From Euglena gracilis (lineage: Eukaryota), in assembly GCA_039621445.1 (NCBI GenBank), contig CP154954.1, positions 1,984,001 through 2,048,000 on the forward strand: a DNA stretch of 64,000 bases, written 5' to 3'. This document shows, piece by piece, positions 24,339-37,396 of the stretch; positions within the stretch are counted from its first letter, which is position 1; each line of letters begins with the position of its first letter. The notes beneath the pieces are model-generated. The model was given only the letters and a program-made list of their open reading frames with translations. It made no database searches and had not been told where the DNA came from. The translations under genes were made by a program, and so were the position numbers.

Positions 24339-24679
24339 CCGTACACCGTGACGCCGTGAGTACACTGTGAACGGTACCCCACTGTCCGCTGTGTGTACAC
24401 TCTCCCTGTGGACCCTGAACCATGGACCCTGTCTTCCAACCCCTCCAGACCATCTCCAGACCACCTGTGCTGTACACCAGACTTCTCCTCTTCCGTGTAC
24501 CTCTTCCCTGTACCCTCTTCCCTGTAACCTTCCCTGTACGCTGTGCACCTGCAAGTATTGCTTCAAATGAGTTTGACTTTGCAAATTATGTGGAAATGCA
24601 ACTTTTTCTCTGAGTGGCCGAAACCCCCGGGGGGGGGGGGAGTGACTGACGGGCGTCTCCCAAAAAAAGTGACTCACTC

Positions 24680-27420
24680 ATTTTACCTGGCCTCCTAACC
24701 CCCCCCGGGGTGGGTAAGCAATTGTATGGGTCCGTTGTCCGATGAAGCTCGCCGTGGAGACTGCGGAACCTCGCACCGGAAAGACGCTGCTGGGGGTCTG
24801 CAGCACGGACGTCTTGACGTCGTCAGGTTGATCAGGCGTATGGATTTGCTCGTGCTCGTGGTCGTGTGTATTCGCAGGGCAAAAATAGGTGGTCGTCTGG
24901 GTCTGGTTCGAGCCCCGGACAGGGACCAATCGCAGGGCAGAAATAAGGGGTCGTCCGGAGCAGGTCCGTGTTGACGTCGTTCCCGCCGTTTAGGCCGATG
25001 AACTTCGCCGGCTTGCACGCGGACGTCCGGAAAGGCGAAAAGGCTTTTTTTCCGTGGTCGTCCGTGTCGTCGTGAAGGCCGATACAGCTGGTCAACGTAC
25101 TGGCGGTGGTCCGTGAAAAGAATTTTTTTCCTGTCGCAACCCTGTGTACACCCTTTCCTCATAAGTGACGGACGCACGGTTACGTGCGGCTCTGGATATC
25201 ATCCGTCCTCACGTCCTGGTGAACGCCAGCTCGGGGAAGTGGTATGTGTAAACCACATTCTGGCTTCGCAGAAAAGCTGATTAAATCAATGGGGGCCTTC
25301 TGGCAAAATCCGTTCCGGCATGCCAATGCCAATGCCAATGCCAATGCCAAAAGCTGTTTGAATCGTTGGGGAGCATTTTTGAACATGCCTTTGAATCTGT
25401 GTGCATACAAAGGGTCCAACGCATACAAAGCGTCCAACGAACTACTTGCCGGCATCGCAGAAAAAGCTGATTAAATCAGTGGGGGCCTTCCAGCAGAATG
25501 CGATGCCATGCCATGACATTTTTTGACATTTTTGAAAGCGGTGATTGGTCACCACCGGGCCGGCCAAATGGTAAGATGCTCATCCGCCGTCCCTGCAGAC
25601 GCGGTTCGAGCCCCAGACGGAGACCATTCGCAGGGCAAAAATAAGTGGTCGTCTGGATCTGGTTCGTCCTCAAGTCCGTGTCGTCGTGGACGTCGATGAA
25701 CCTTGGCGGTGCGGTGAAAAGGATTTTTTCCCTGTCAGTACGCTGTGTGTAACCTTCGCTGTCCTCACGTCTTCGTATTCGCCAGCCCGGTCAAGTGGTA
25801 AGATGCTCTGCCGCCGTCCCTGCGGACGCGGTTCGAGCCCCGGACAGGGACCATGCGCAGGGAAGAAATAAGTGGTCGTCCGGAGCAGGTCCGTCTTGAC
25901 GTCGTTCCCGCCGTTCAGGCCGATGAACTTCGCCAGCTTGCAGGCGGACGTCCGGAAAGGCGAAAAGGCTTTTTTTTCCGTGGTCGTGTGTGCGGCGGTT
26001 TGAAGCCATGCGAAAAAAGCTGATTAAATCATGTGTTCTTTTTTCGAAATTTCCGCATGCCGACGAAAAGCTTTTTTTTTCGTGCTTGTGTGTGCAGGGG
26101 TCTGAACACGGTTCGAACCTCGGACACCACGGACCACGGACACGGTCGGACACCACGGACCACGGACCATGAACAGCACGGACAGGGTTCGAACCTCGGA
26201 CAGGTACCATTTACAGGGCAGAAAGAAGCGTTCGTCATCCGCCGTCCCTGCGGACGGGGTTCGAGCCCCAGACGGAGACCATTTGCAGGGCAAAAATAAG
26301 TGGTCGTCTGGATCTGGTTCGTCGTCGTCACGTCCGTGTCGTCGTGGATGCCGATGAACCTTGTCAGCGTGCAGGCGGTCTGGTGAAAAGGATTTTTTCT
26401 CTGTCACCACGCTGTATGTACCCTTCCCTGTCCTCACCTCTTCGTATTCGCCAGCCCGGTGCAGTGGTAAGATGCTCCGCCGCCGTCCCTGCGGACGCGG
26501 TTCGAGCCCCGGACAGGGACCATTCGCAGGGAAGAAATAAGTGGTCGTCCGGAGGAGGTCCGTCTTGACGTCGTTCCCGCCGTTCAGGCCGATGAACTTC
26601 GCCAGCTTGCAGGCGGACGTCCGGAAAGGCGAAAAGGCTTTTTTTCCGTGGTCGTGTGTGCGGCGGTTTGAAGCCATGCGAAAAAAGCTGATTAAATGAT
26701 GTGTTCTTTTTTCGAAATTTCCGCATGGCGACGAAAAGGTTTTTTTTCCGTGCTTGTGTGTGCAGGGGTGTGAATATGGTTCGAACCTCGGACACCACGG
26801 ACCACGGACACGGTCGGACACCACGGACCACGGACCACGGACACCACGGACAGGGTGCGAACGTCGGACAGGGACCATTTACAGGGCAGAAATAAGTGCT
26901 CGTCCGGAGCAGGTCCGTGTTGACGTCGTTCCCGCCGTTCAGGCCGATGAACTTCGCCAGCTTGCAGGCGGACGTCCGGAAAGACGAAAAGGTTTTGTTT
27001 CGTGTTCGTGTGCGCGGGGGTATGAAGGGCCTCAGAGAACAACGTTCCACAGAGACTTTTGTTGCGAGCGTTGATTCGTCTCCACCGGACCGGCCGATGG
27101 GTAAGATGCTCATCCGCCGTCCCTGCGACGCGGTTCGAGCCGCAGACGAAGATCATTCCCAGGGGCAAAAGAAGTGGTCGTCCGGATTTGGTTCGTCGGC
27201 AGGTCCGTGCAGTCGCGAGGGCCGACGAACCTGGTCAACGTAGAGGCGGCGATTCGTGAAAAGGTTTTTTCCTGCAATAGGCATAACTGACGGTCCGGTC
27301 GCACTGTTAACGTGACGTGCTGCTCTGGATATGCTCCGTCCTCACGTCCTGGTAATCGCCAGGTCGTGGAAGTGGTGCGTGCAAACCACATTCTGGCTTG
27401 CGCAGAAAAGCTGATTAAAT
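24680..27420 (-). repeat. Array of ~60-aa exon-like repeat units (full-length version)
   Basis: Variants KLAKFIGLNGGNDVKTDLLRTTTYFFP, LTRFIGIHDDTDVTTNQIQTTTYFCP, LTRFVGPRDCTDLPTNQIRTTTSFAP align at protein level. Confidence 0.7.
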
Positions 27421-27953
27421 CAATGGGGGCCTTCCAGCAAAAAGCGATCCAGGATGACAATTTGAATTTATTGGCATTGTTGAATTTGCCTTTGCATACA
27501 AAGGGTCCCAGGCATACAAACGGTCCTACGCGTACAAAGCGTCCAACGAACTACATCGCAGAAAAAGCTGATTAAATCAATGGGGGTCTTCCAGCAAAAT
27601 GCGATGCAGCTGGACAAAGCTGATTAAATCGATGCGGGGCATTTTTGAATTTGCCTTTGTAACTGTTTGCATGCAAAGGGTCCAACGCAAAGCGCAGGGG
27701 AGAAGGTCCACAGGGTCCAGAGGAGGGTCCAGAGGAGGGGTCCAGGGAAGGGTGCAAGGAAGGGTCCAGAGGAGAGGGTCCACAGGGGAGAGGGTCCACA
27801 GGGAAAGGGTCCAGGGCAGAGGGTCCACAGGGGAGGGTGCACAGGGGAGAGTGCGAAGTGTGAACGATGCTCACAGTGTAGACGTAACAGCAGGTCCACA
27901 AAAGGTCCACAGAAGTTCCACAGAAGGTCCACCAAAAAAGGAACACACTGCGG

Positions 27954-30716
27954 TCACTCCGGAGCTTCGGAGTCGTCGTCCGCGGCGGGCTCCGGCAGCG
28001 GAATCGGCTCCGGAACCGGCGCCGAGTCCACCGGGTCCTCCGCAAACAGAACCTTCAACAGCAGGCAGAAACACAAAGAGAAACCAAAAGAACAGCAAAA
28101 GACAGCATGTGGAAGCTGTAAGCTATAAACCAACCCTTTGCTGTGTGCAACACCGGTGCGCGTGTGCGTGCAATGACCTCGGTGCGCGGAAAAACGATTA
28201 TGGGGACTTCATAACAGTGCTTTAACACCTGCCGCCTGTCACCTGCTATCCTGCCTGTCTCTGGCCTTCAGCATCCTCTTCGACAACGTATTTTCACTGC
28301 AGAAATGATATGACTGAGAGTATTCAAAATGTCCTGCAAAGTGACGCAAATTGTCACACGAAATTGCAATCGTGCCGTGTGCGCGCAACACCGTTGTGTG
28401 TGCAACAACCTTCCTGTGCGCGCAACGTGCTGGATGGTCTCTTCGACTGCAGAAAACATATGGTGAGAGCGTGCTGAAAATGTCGCACAAAGAAACCCAA
28501 CGAAGCAGTGAGAAACACGATGGCCACGACGATCTCGTCGATGCCGCCCAGCTTCCGCTTCGCGCAGCGGCTGACTGCAGGGTTGCAGGTTGCATTGAAG
28601 TGTTTCCCTTTGTTATGTACCGTTATTTCCCTTTCTTATGGACGTGTGTGTGAGATGCAAGCGGCAAGGAGTGTTTTGTCTGCAGCAAGGAACACTGTAA
28701 AGGAATGTAATTTGTTGCAGATGACCGCGAATGCAAATGGGAATCCTGGATCCATGTGTGCAAGGCGCGTGTAAGCAATGGGAGAAACCCTGATTCCAAT
28801 CCAGAGGCCACGGCACCGTCACCGTGGCCTCCCCCGTACTGGCGACACCCAAGGTGTCCAGCACCACGACCCCGCCCGGCGGCAGCTCCCGCGCCAGCTG
28901 CCCCGAGCCGTACTCGATAGAGAAGGTCAGCAGCAGCGACCTTGCATTTGTGCAAACACAACGAAACAGAAACAGACAGGTCGAAGTGCTACAGAGCAGA
29001 GTGTGTGTGAGCAGAACTGTGTGAAAATGAGAGATAAAATGTAGGTGAAAGTATGTGAACAGGAGTCTGCAAGGAAAGTCAAGAAACCCAGGAGAGTCAA
29101 TCAAACACAACCAAACGGTCACTGAGTCTGTCCGCCTCGCCGCCCGTGCTGATCGTTGTACCCGCCCACTTCAAACTGCTGACAAAATGCAGCCGCAATA
29201 CTGAAACAGTTTCATAATAATAAATGACAGACAAAATACAGCCGCAATACTGAAACACGTTTGGAGGATTGGAATACGGCAGAGGGGGAGAAACATGATT
29301 TCAAAACCGAACAAAAAAACAGAAGCAGAACTAAAGGCGGGACCAAGGCTTACAGAACAGCAGCTTGAGTGGAACGTAGATGTGGACGTCGTTGCCGACG
29401 TCCACCACCGCCACCCCAACCGGCAGCGGCGTCCCCACCGCTGCGGCCGGCGGCGTGGCCGCGGCGCTCCGCCCTGGGGTGGACGGAGCCATTTACAGGA
29501 TTTGTCTGAAAATTGCACACGAAAGATCGCAGATAAGGAAGTCAGAAAATTACAGGAAATACCTACAACATAAACCATCAACCATCAACCATAATCATAA
29601 CATAAAATTTGCAGGGAATCCTGTGCGACGCCCGCGGCAGCGCCCGCCTCGCTGCCCTCGCCCACAAAAACGTACAGCGGTCTGAAACAGAACAGCCGAT
29701 TGTGTATGTAAATAAAACCGACATTTTTTCAGACTGCTGTCTGCTGTCAGACTGCTTCTGCTGTCCTGCACGGAGCGGCACGTGATGAACGGCTCGTCGT
29801 AGGAGCAGTTTCAGAGAGCTTTTCTTGGAGAGGGTATGATGCGAGAGCATACAAAGTGAAAAAGGCACTTGCAGTCTGTCAACGTGCAGAAGATTCTCTG
29901 GCAGAAAATATGACAGAAGAGGGTATGAAATCAAAAAACTGCCTGCACTCTGCTGCCGCGACCGTCGGAGGATCAACTCCTCCCGGCACACCCCGCACGT
30001 GCCCAGGTGGTCCGCCAGCAAGACAGAGAGGGCTGCCAACACAAAGAATGCATGCAAGACGTTGTGTCGGAAAAAGCTGATTAAATCGAACGCGCTATCA
30101 AAACATTGCGAAAATTGCGTGGTTTGTAATTCTGAGAATAGCTGATTAAATCGGCAGAGAATGGCGGGGTTTGTAATTCTGACAGCGATTCTTTGTAATT
30201 CTTAAAGCGGTAGAGAGTAGCGTACTTTGTAATTCTGAGAAAAGCTGATTAAATCGGAAGAGAATCGCGCGGTTTGTAATTCTGAGAACAGCTTGTATTT
30301 TCTGTTCCTCGACAGGAGACAGTGTTGACCGTACACAGCCCTTTCTCTTTCTTGAATCCGGGCATCAGGGACTTGCTCTCCACCAACACCTCAATCTCCT
30401 CGAGGCTGTAACAGCAGCATCTGAATTGTTGAATTTTTAATTATTGAAGTAGAATTATTGATCAGGTTTGGGGAATAACAAAGAAGAACAACCATAAAAA
30501 CAGCAGGAGTAATGACAACAACAGCAATTTCCTGATGCATCATGGCGTGTGGAAAAGTCAGTTGCTTGCGTGTGGCGTGTGGCGTGTGGCGTGTGGCGTG
30601 TGGAAAAAATGGCGTGTGGAAAAGTCAGTTGCTGGCGTGATCAGGAAGTGACAGTGACCATTGACACTCACACGGCGGGCGGCGGACGGGACGGCGACGG
30701 ACGGAACGGCGGACAT
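27954..30716 (-). CDS. Second multi-exon cargo gene of unknown function, downstream of and co-oriented with RepHel
   Basis: Exon islands MSAVPSVAVPSAARRVSVNGHCHFLITP (ATG 30716), YSLEEIEVLVESKSLMPGFKKEKG, LLADHLGTCGVCREELILRR, VAVVDVGNDVHIYVPLKLL, IEYGSGQLARELPPGGVVVLDTLG, KRKLGGIDEIVVAIV, AEDPVDSAPVPEPIPLPEPAADDDSEAPE* (TGA 27956-27954); splice sites not resolved. Confidence 0.5.
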
Positions 30717-31335
30717 GGCAAGACAGGAAAGCGGAGCACGGAAAAGCTCTGTAGAGGAACGCAAACTTTGAAAAACTACGTAGACAAACACAGGATGTGC
30801 CGAAAATCCTCAAACAACCCATCATGCTGCATACAAATAACCCATCATGCTGCAGCATAACGCATCATGCTCTCTCCCACAGGACGCTGCAGGACAGTGC
30901 GCAAAAGTAATAATAATAATAATCAGAGAATAAAATAAAGGAAAACTGAAGGAAGAGACAAAAAAGGAATTTGAAAGCGAGCGCAAATGACGGCTAAATG
31001 GAGGAAGACAGTGATGCAGTCGCTAGGTATGTGAGCGAGTGAAGCCTATGAACCGTGTGAAGTGAGTGCAAATCGAAAGTGAGTGCAAGCGGAAAGTGTT
31101 TGCGGCAGTGAAACGTCGAAGAAGGGTTGGTGACAGGAGAGACGGCGACGCTGCTCTCCTGCGAAGAGAAGTGAGGCTTTCAGCAGCCACAGCCATGGAA
31201 ATCGCTGTTCACCGATTTAATCAGCTTTTTTATCACTTGGATTAAGCAGCGAAATACAGGCATACGTTCTACACAGGCACGCGTTCTAACTTCGAGCAGA
31301 TCCCAGCAGACCCACGGAAGTTGCACGTGCACACC

Positions 31336-34300
31336 TCATTCGAGCACTTCGTGCCACACGATGTTCCTCACCCCGGTATCGTCATCCGGGGATCATCCTC
31401 TCGGTTCCTCTGCACGTAAGACTGTGCAAGGTGCCCTTTTCCAGAAGTTCGAGAAACACAAAGTTGCTGCAATACAGAAGACATACCATGTCTTTGCAAC
31501 TGACTTCGACTGAATTCCACTGAAATCGACTGACTTGCTGTGACGCGCACATCGCAACTGACTGGGTGCGACACGCGCGTTTTATCCCAGTTATTGATGA
31601 CTGCTGGAAAACCGAGGACGCGCGGCAATCCAGAGCTTCTCTCCATCACCAACGCGGCTGCAACCAACGTACAACTGGCCGTGCGAGAAGACCGGAGACG
31701 GCAGCCACAGGCCGACCCGCTCAAACGTCTGCCCCTGCGCCTTGTTGATGGTCATGCAGAAGGCGAGACGCATCGGGTACTGTCGGCGAGTAAAGGGTAG
31801 GCTGCCGTCGGTGTTCTCCGCGGACGTCAAATTGATGCGCGGTACGCACACGATGTCCCCCTTTCGCGGACCGCTTGCGAGCTTCACCTGAATGCTTCGA
31901 CGGCGCAGCGCAACGACGATGGCGCGTGTTCCATTCATGACACCCTCGTTGCGGTTCATGTTGCGAATGAACACGACGGGCGCCCCGAGCTTCAAGATGA
32001 GCTTGTGTGGCGGAAGACCGGGTGGCGTGAGGGAGTTGAGCAGCTCGATGGAGTACTGGGCTTCCAGCTCCGCGTGCTCCGGTCCGAAGCAATCTGCACT
32101 CAAGTACGTCACGGGCTCACCGTGCAAGACGTCGAGCACCTTGTCGTTCAGGTGGTCAACGTACTTGTTGAGAGTGCTCAGAATGCACGCGTTCTGGACC
32201 ACTGCCGTCGTGTCGCGCAGTGCAGGGAACACCTTCTCCACCATGTCCATCGGTGTGTCTATGTCCACCTGCATGCGCTCGGGAACAGTGATGCTGCTCT
32301 CCTTGCCATCGCCGATGTCCAGCAGCCACTGCGCGAAGTGTTGCATCCGCTGTGCCATGGCCGGTTGGTCCACGAGGCGCGCCACCCGCATGTTCATCGT
32401 CATCTTCAAGACGGTGAAATGCCGCCAGAGATGAGACTCCTTCACCGTGGAGTTCACTATCTGTCCGCGGCCAGCCTTCGTGAGCACGGGGGTCAGTTGA
32501 CGGAAGTCACCGGAGAGGACGACCACCTTCCCACCAAAGGGAACATCCGCAAGACGCGCATCCACGACACGCATGATGTCGCGCAGCAGGCAGTCAATCA
32601 GTTCGTACATTTCCTTCCGGCCCATGGTCGCTTCGTCGATGACTATCAGCACCGCATCACGCAGTACCTTCGCCCGTTCGCTTTGTACAGCAAGGCTGCT
32701 CTTTGGTTCCTTGTCCACCATGGGTACTGGGACACCAAAACGGCTGTGTGCCGTTGTTCCTCCTGGCAGCAGCAAAGCGGCGATGCCGGTGAGGGCAGTT
32801 GCAATGACAATGCATTTGATCCGCGAACTGTGAGCCCTACTCCACCGTGCACCTGGCCTGAGTTGCTGGAAATTCGTTTCACTTTCGAATTCAGTTGCAT
32901 TCAATTTCCGCCTGTCGGAATGGTTGAAATCAGAAAGCTGATTAAATCAGTCACCCGTGGCGTTCAATTGCGTGGAATTGAATTTGTGTCTGTCGGAATG
33001 CGTCAAGTCGGAAAGCTGATTAAATCAGTGACCCCTACCTTTTTTCCGAAGCTGATGCTGGCAGCAACGATCCAGTGAAAAGTGTGCACAATTCCTTCCA
33101 TCGGTTCAAATGCAGCTGGCAATCATTCCTTCCCCTCGAACATGTGCCAGCAGCAGCTCGAGGAGGAAGGTCTTCCCGCAACCACCACAGGCGTATACGA
33201 AGAAACACTTGGCGTCCGTGACGGGCTTCGCAAGCGCTGCCAAAATCGTGTCCACCACGTTCCGTTGCTCGGCATTGCACTGCGACAACAGGTTCTGCGC
33301 CTTCTCTTTCTCCTTCGCGGTGTCGTAGCACGTCTCCATGCGGCGGCATTCTGCTACAGACGATGCTTGACGCGGAGCGTGCGGGAACGGCATGTCGGAG
33401 AACTCCCGGAGCGAAGATCCCTGTGCCTGGAGCAACTTCTCGATGTCCCACAGCGCCTCGTTCTCCAGCTCAGCATCGGTGGAGTCCAGATTGTCACGTC
33501 GGCGGCGAAACACCTTGTCCTCCATCATTTTTCCCTTGAACTTCTGCCACAGCGCTCGCGCACTTCTGGGGCGATTGAAGTCCAGGATGATCGCGAACAG
33601 AGAGCGCAGCTGTGCCGGCATGAGGAACTCTTCGGCCTCCGTCATACAGCGCTTCCACTCCTCATCGTCCTGCAGTAACCCGCGGCGGACACACGCATCG
33701 TGGAACGTGGGCGAGACCTGTGACTCCACCGTGCGCAACATTTCCCACGACGTTGCTCCCTTCACGTGGTGCAGCAGCATGCGCAGGTAGTATTTTTCCC
33801 CCTGTCGCGGAGAAACGAAGTACACGCGGCCGATGGCTCCAGTCTGCTCGGGGTTGGCGCGTCGTGACCACATCCCGCGGTCCATGCGATACTCGGACGG
33901 GAAGTCAGCGTACGTGAGGTGAAGACCGTCGCTGTGATGGAAGTTGTACTCCAACCACTGTGTCAACGCTGTGTGCTCGGCACGGTCTGCAACATCCGCG
34001 AGGTCTTCCATCTCGTCGAACGTCACAGTGTGCTGACCGGGAAGGTGAATAGGCAGGCGCATCACGCTCGGCTGGTTCCCGTGGAGGTCGAAGGAGAAGA
34101 ATCGCCACAGAGCCTCGCTCGTAGAAATGTAGCGACCCTCCTGCCAGCGCTGTATCTCGTCCACGTCCTCCAGCACTGTCGGTTGCGCCTGCATCTCCTC
34201 AGCAGCACTGCCTTCCACCGTCTCACACACGTTCGCTGCGTAGTCTGCAGCAATCTGCACTTCCGCACGGTCGCCACCCTTGTGAATGTACTTGTGCAGG

Positions 34301-37300
34301 TACTTCACAGCATGAAGCGTACTGCACACTTCCACGTTCAGGTGACAGCCGTACTTCAGGAGCAGCGCACGATTGTACGGCACCACCCAACGGTCGTCGA
34401 TGGCGATGCCTCGGTGAGTGGTGTACGTTGCTGCGCAGCGGCGTCGGTACAGTGGGTAACCGTTTTGATCCTCCTCGGTCTCCAGCTGACGCCGCTTGGG
34501 GAAGTGCCGAGTACACTTGCCGTTCTTCACGCACGGTGCGGAGTTGTCGTGCCCGACGCAGGGGTTGTGCAGCATGTGCCGCATGACCAAGTCGTGCAGT
34601 TCGGGCTCGCGAACAGGATCGGGGATCTCCGCACACACCACGCTGTCGTAGTCGGCAGGCGTTGACAGCTTGCTCTCTGCCGTGAAGAACAGCAGGATGT
34701 GCGCATGTGGAAGTCCGCGCTTTTGCCACTCCACCGCATACAGGTGAGCAGCATGACGACCGAGGACGCCGTTCCGCAGGTCCATCATGAGCTCTGCCAG
34801 CTTCAGGTGAAAAACGCGCGTAGTGAGGTCGATGCGTTGCGCAGCACTGTCTCCAGCAGGAACGGCGTTTTCGATCTCCTTCCACTTCGAATTTGCAAAC
34901 ATGTTCCAATACCATCCATTCTTGCCAGTTGCGCGTCGCAACTGGCAACTGTTTGTCCGAGGAAAAGCGAACCTGATTTCTGTCCACACAGGATGCTGAC
35001 AGCTGATATACAGCCGAGAGCTGTATCGTGATAAAACACAGAGAACACCGGATCTAAAACCGCATTAAAGCCTTCTTGAGAAGCTGATTAAATCCGAATA
35101 CTGCCGATGCCTCTCTTGTTTTACCGTTGCCTGACCAAAGTGAACTGCATGAGAACATGCTCGAAGTGATAGTGATGAAAAGATCGGCCTTGCCCAGCTT
35201 GCGGACGATGGCCATGCCGTCGTGGTACAGCTGCGTCATGTAGCGCGTTCCTCCTACGAACGTGCTCGGCAGCACGATGCGGCGACCCACGGATGCGGAC
35301 GGTGTGCCCTGCGTAGACTGCGTCACGACATCCTGGTACACGTCGGCGCGAATGGTGTCCTGGTTGTGCCGCAACCACGACAGCTTCTGCTGCTCCACCT
35401 TTGCCCACTGTACCACAACCCACTCCTGGTACAGCGCCCCGCACCGCTGCAGGTAGGAGGGGCTGATGGCGTCCGGACGTGTCATGAGGTAGTACTTGAC
35501 GTACTCTCGCAGGGTGACGTCGTTCTTTCGCGCATTTGGTCGGCGTTGCGGTTGCAAGTCCGCCACGTTCACGCGGGCTGGTCTGCGCGCAGGTTGCACC
35601 ACCGTTCTCTCAATCCCCGGCGTCCAACCGTAGTCACCGTACGGAAACAACAGCACGAAGTGCAACGGATCGTAGCACGGGTGAAGCTCGTCGATGGTGA
35701 TGAACCCCGGCCGCTGAGCGCGCACGCGAACGATGATATCCCGCGGCGTAGCTGCTGCTCGAGCATCCACCTCCGGCAAGAACACAGCCACGTCGCTGGC
35801 GGTAGGCTGGTTGTATCGACGCCGGTCTTGATGGTGGCCGACGTTACTCGCAATCCTCATCACAAAACTGAGGCGCGACTTCTTTTTTCTGTTCGGCTGA
35901 GTGGGAGCTGATTAAATCGGAGCTGATTAAATCAGAGCTGATTAAATCGGAGCTCAGTAAATTGCCTGAATTCCACTCACAAAACTGAGGCACGACTTCG
36001 TTTTTCTGTTCAGCTGGGTCAAAGCTCGGAGCTGATTACATCGGAGCTCATTGAACGGGAGCTGATTAAATGGCCCGAGTTCCATTTGAAATCCTCATCA
36101 CAAAACTGAGGCACGACTTCTTTTTTCCGTTCAGCTGAGTCGGAGCTGAATAAATCGGAGCTGATTGAATCGGAGCAACCAACACTCTGACTGACGTGAA
36201 AACAGAAGCCACGTTTGGATCGTGGATGCCGGAGGCGCGCTCAATGACCTGAACGTACGGGTTGACCTGCTGCAACATTTCCGTCAGCTGCCGCACCACA
36301 TCAGCACGCAGTCGATCTCCCCACCGCATTTGCGTGCGCGCGTCCACCTGCGCCTGCGTGTCCAGAACATACAGCTGCGCGCAAGAGTGCGGCATCCCCG
36401 GCGGCGGCACCAGGGCGCCCATGCGGTGGTGGACGGTGCCGTTGATGCGGAAGGTCTGCAGCCCGGTCGGAAACTGCCGCGACAGCAACGTACTGCATGG
36501 AAACAGCCGCAACACAGCAAACTGAGTTCTGTTTCCGCAACCAACAGGAAAAAAAAGTCAGAACAACCAACACCAAGCAACAACCAACACCAACCAACAA
36601 CCGAATAACAGCAACCAACACCAACCAACCAACCAACCAACCAACCAACAACCAACCAACACCAACTAACAACCAACCAACCAACATCAGGGGAAAAACA
36701 CCAGAGAAAAACCAACACTGAAAAGGAAAGTCATGCAACACATTGCCTTCCACGCGCGCAGTTGTGGACGCCATGTTCAGGGCGGCGTTGTACAGCCGCA
36801 GGCGTTCGACAACGTGACGGCTCTCCGGCAGCCGACGGTGGAGGATGTCGTCCAGGTACCGCGGGGGACGTTGCAGTGCAGGCAGAACAACCTTTCCTTG
36901 TTCACAGCACATCCCCTCGGCCTCCCCCTTCCACCGCAACGCACCACATCGCAGACAAAGGACGTCGCCCATGCTGCCCACGTTGGACACCGTGACGTGC
37001 GACAGGTCGTCGCCACTGCGCCCGCGGAACATGGCGACCATCTGCTGCCGCCGACGCTGACGGTGCGCGCGGACTGCGTCCCGAGTTCCCGAGCGGCGTT
37101 GTGCGACACGACCTGTTTGGCGTTGCGCAACCGCTGCCTGTCGATGCTGCTGTTCCGCAGCGGAGAACAGCACGTTCCGTGGTTCTCCGACAGCTTGCGT
37201 AGGCGGGTTGCGCGGTCGCTGCGCGTCCTCGTGCTGATCACCGTGCTGTTGAGCACCCTGTTGTCGTTGTTCGGCAGGCGTGAACAACGACATGGACGCA

Positions 37301-37392
37301 GCATGCTGCTGGTTCAGGAACGCCGCCATGGATGACACCACCACACGCGGGGCTGGTGGCACCAATGGGGACATTGCCTGCACCGGCAACAT
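31336..37392 (-). CDS. Helitron RepHel transposase (Zn finger, HUH/Y2 Rep, PIF1-family SF1B helicase). Exons 37392-36749, 36480-36213, 35872-35163, 34894-33118, 32805-31622, 31390-31336 = 1545 aa; probably extends further upstream
   Basis: CLRCGALRW...CCEQGKV; RRYNQPT; Rep motifs DLFITIT, VEWQKRGLPHAHILL, KYLHKYIHKG; helicase ACGGCGKT, IVIDEATM, GDFRQLTPV, MTINKAQGQT, HGQLYVGCSRV; C-terminal RNIVWHEVL*. Confidence 0.95.
31391..31621 (-). other. Nonconventional intron (231 nt)
   Basis: GC|GCGTCCTCGGTT...AACCGAGAGGATGATC|C; +4 pairs with -6; join reads WIAAPDDDTGVRNIV. Confidence 0.75.
32806..33117 (-). other. Nonconventional intron (312 nt)
   Basis: C|AGCTGCATTTGAACCG...CGGATCAAATGCATTGTC|A; perfect 9-bp stem from +4/-6; join reads GMIAIATALTGIAA. 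Confidence 0.9.
34895..35162 (-). other. Nonconventional intron (268 nt)
   Basis: C|GAGCATGTTC...GAACATGTTTGC|A; 7-bp stem from +4/-6; join restores DLFITITSNSKWKEI. Confidence 0.9.
35873..36212 (-). other. Nonconventional or intermediate intron (340 nt; alternative 35870-36215)
   Basis: C|GTGGCTTCTGTTTTC...GAAAAAAGAAGTCGCGC|C; join reads HDPNLSFVMRI. Confidence 0.75.
36481..36748 (-). other. Nonconventional intron (268 nt) containing a (CCAA)n-like microsatellite
   Basis: A|AGGCAATGTGTTGCATG...CATGCAGTACGTTGCTGTC|G; 16-bp stem with G-U pairs; join reads TTARVERQFPTGLQTFRING. Confidence 0.85.
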
Positions 37393-37396
37393 CAGC

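Noticed and set aside
29355-29420. Argonaute PAZ-like ending VDVGNDVHIYVPLKLL
   Set aside because: Short resemblance only; no PIWI or MID motifs in the other exons
31540-37335. Long plus-strand ORFs (32005..33078, 33919..34665, 35222..35911, 36733..37335)
   Set aside because: Antisense shadows of the GC3-rich RepHel exons
31336-37392. RepHel as a fragmented pseudogene or five separate genes
   Set aside because: Every gap is bounded by a paired stem in one register, and removal restores frame and conserved motifs with no stops
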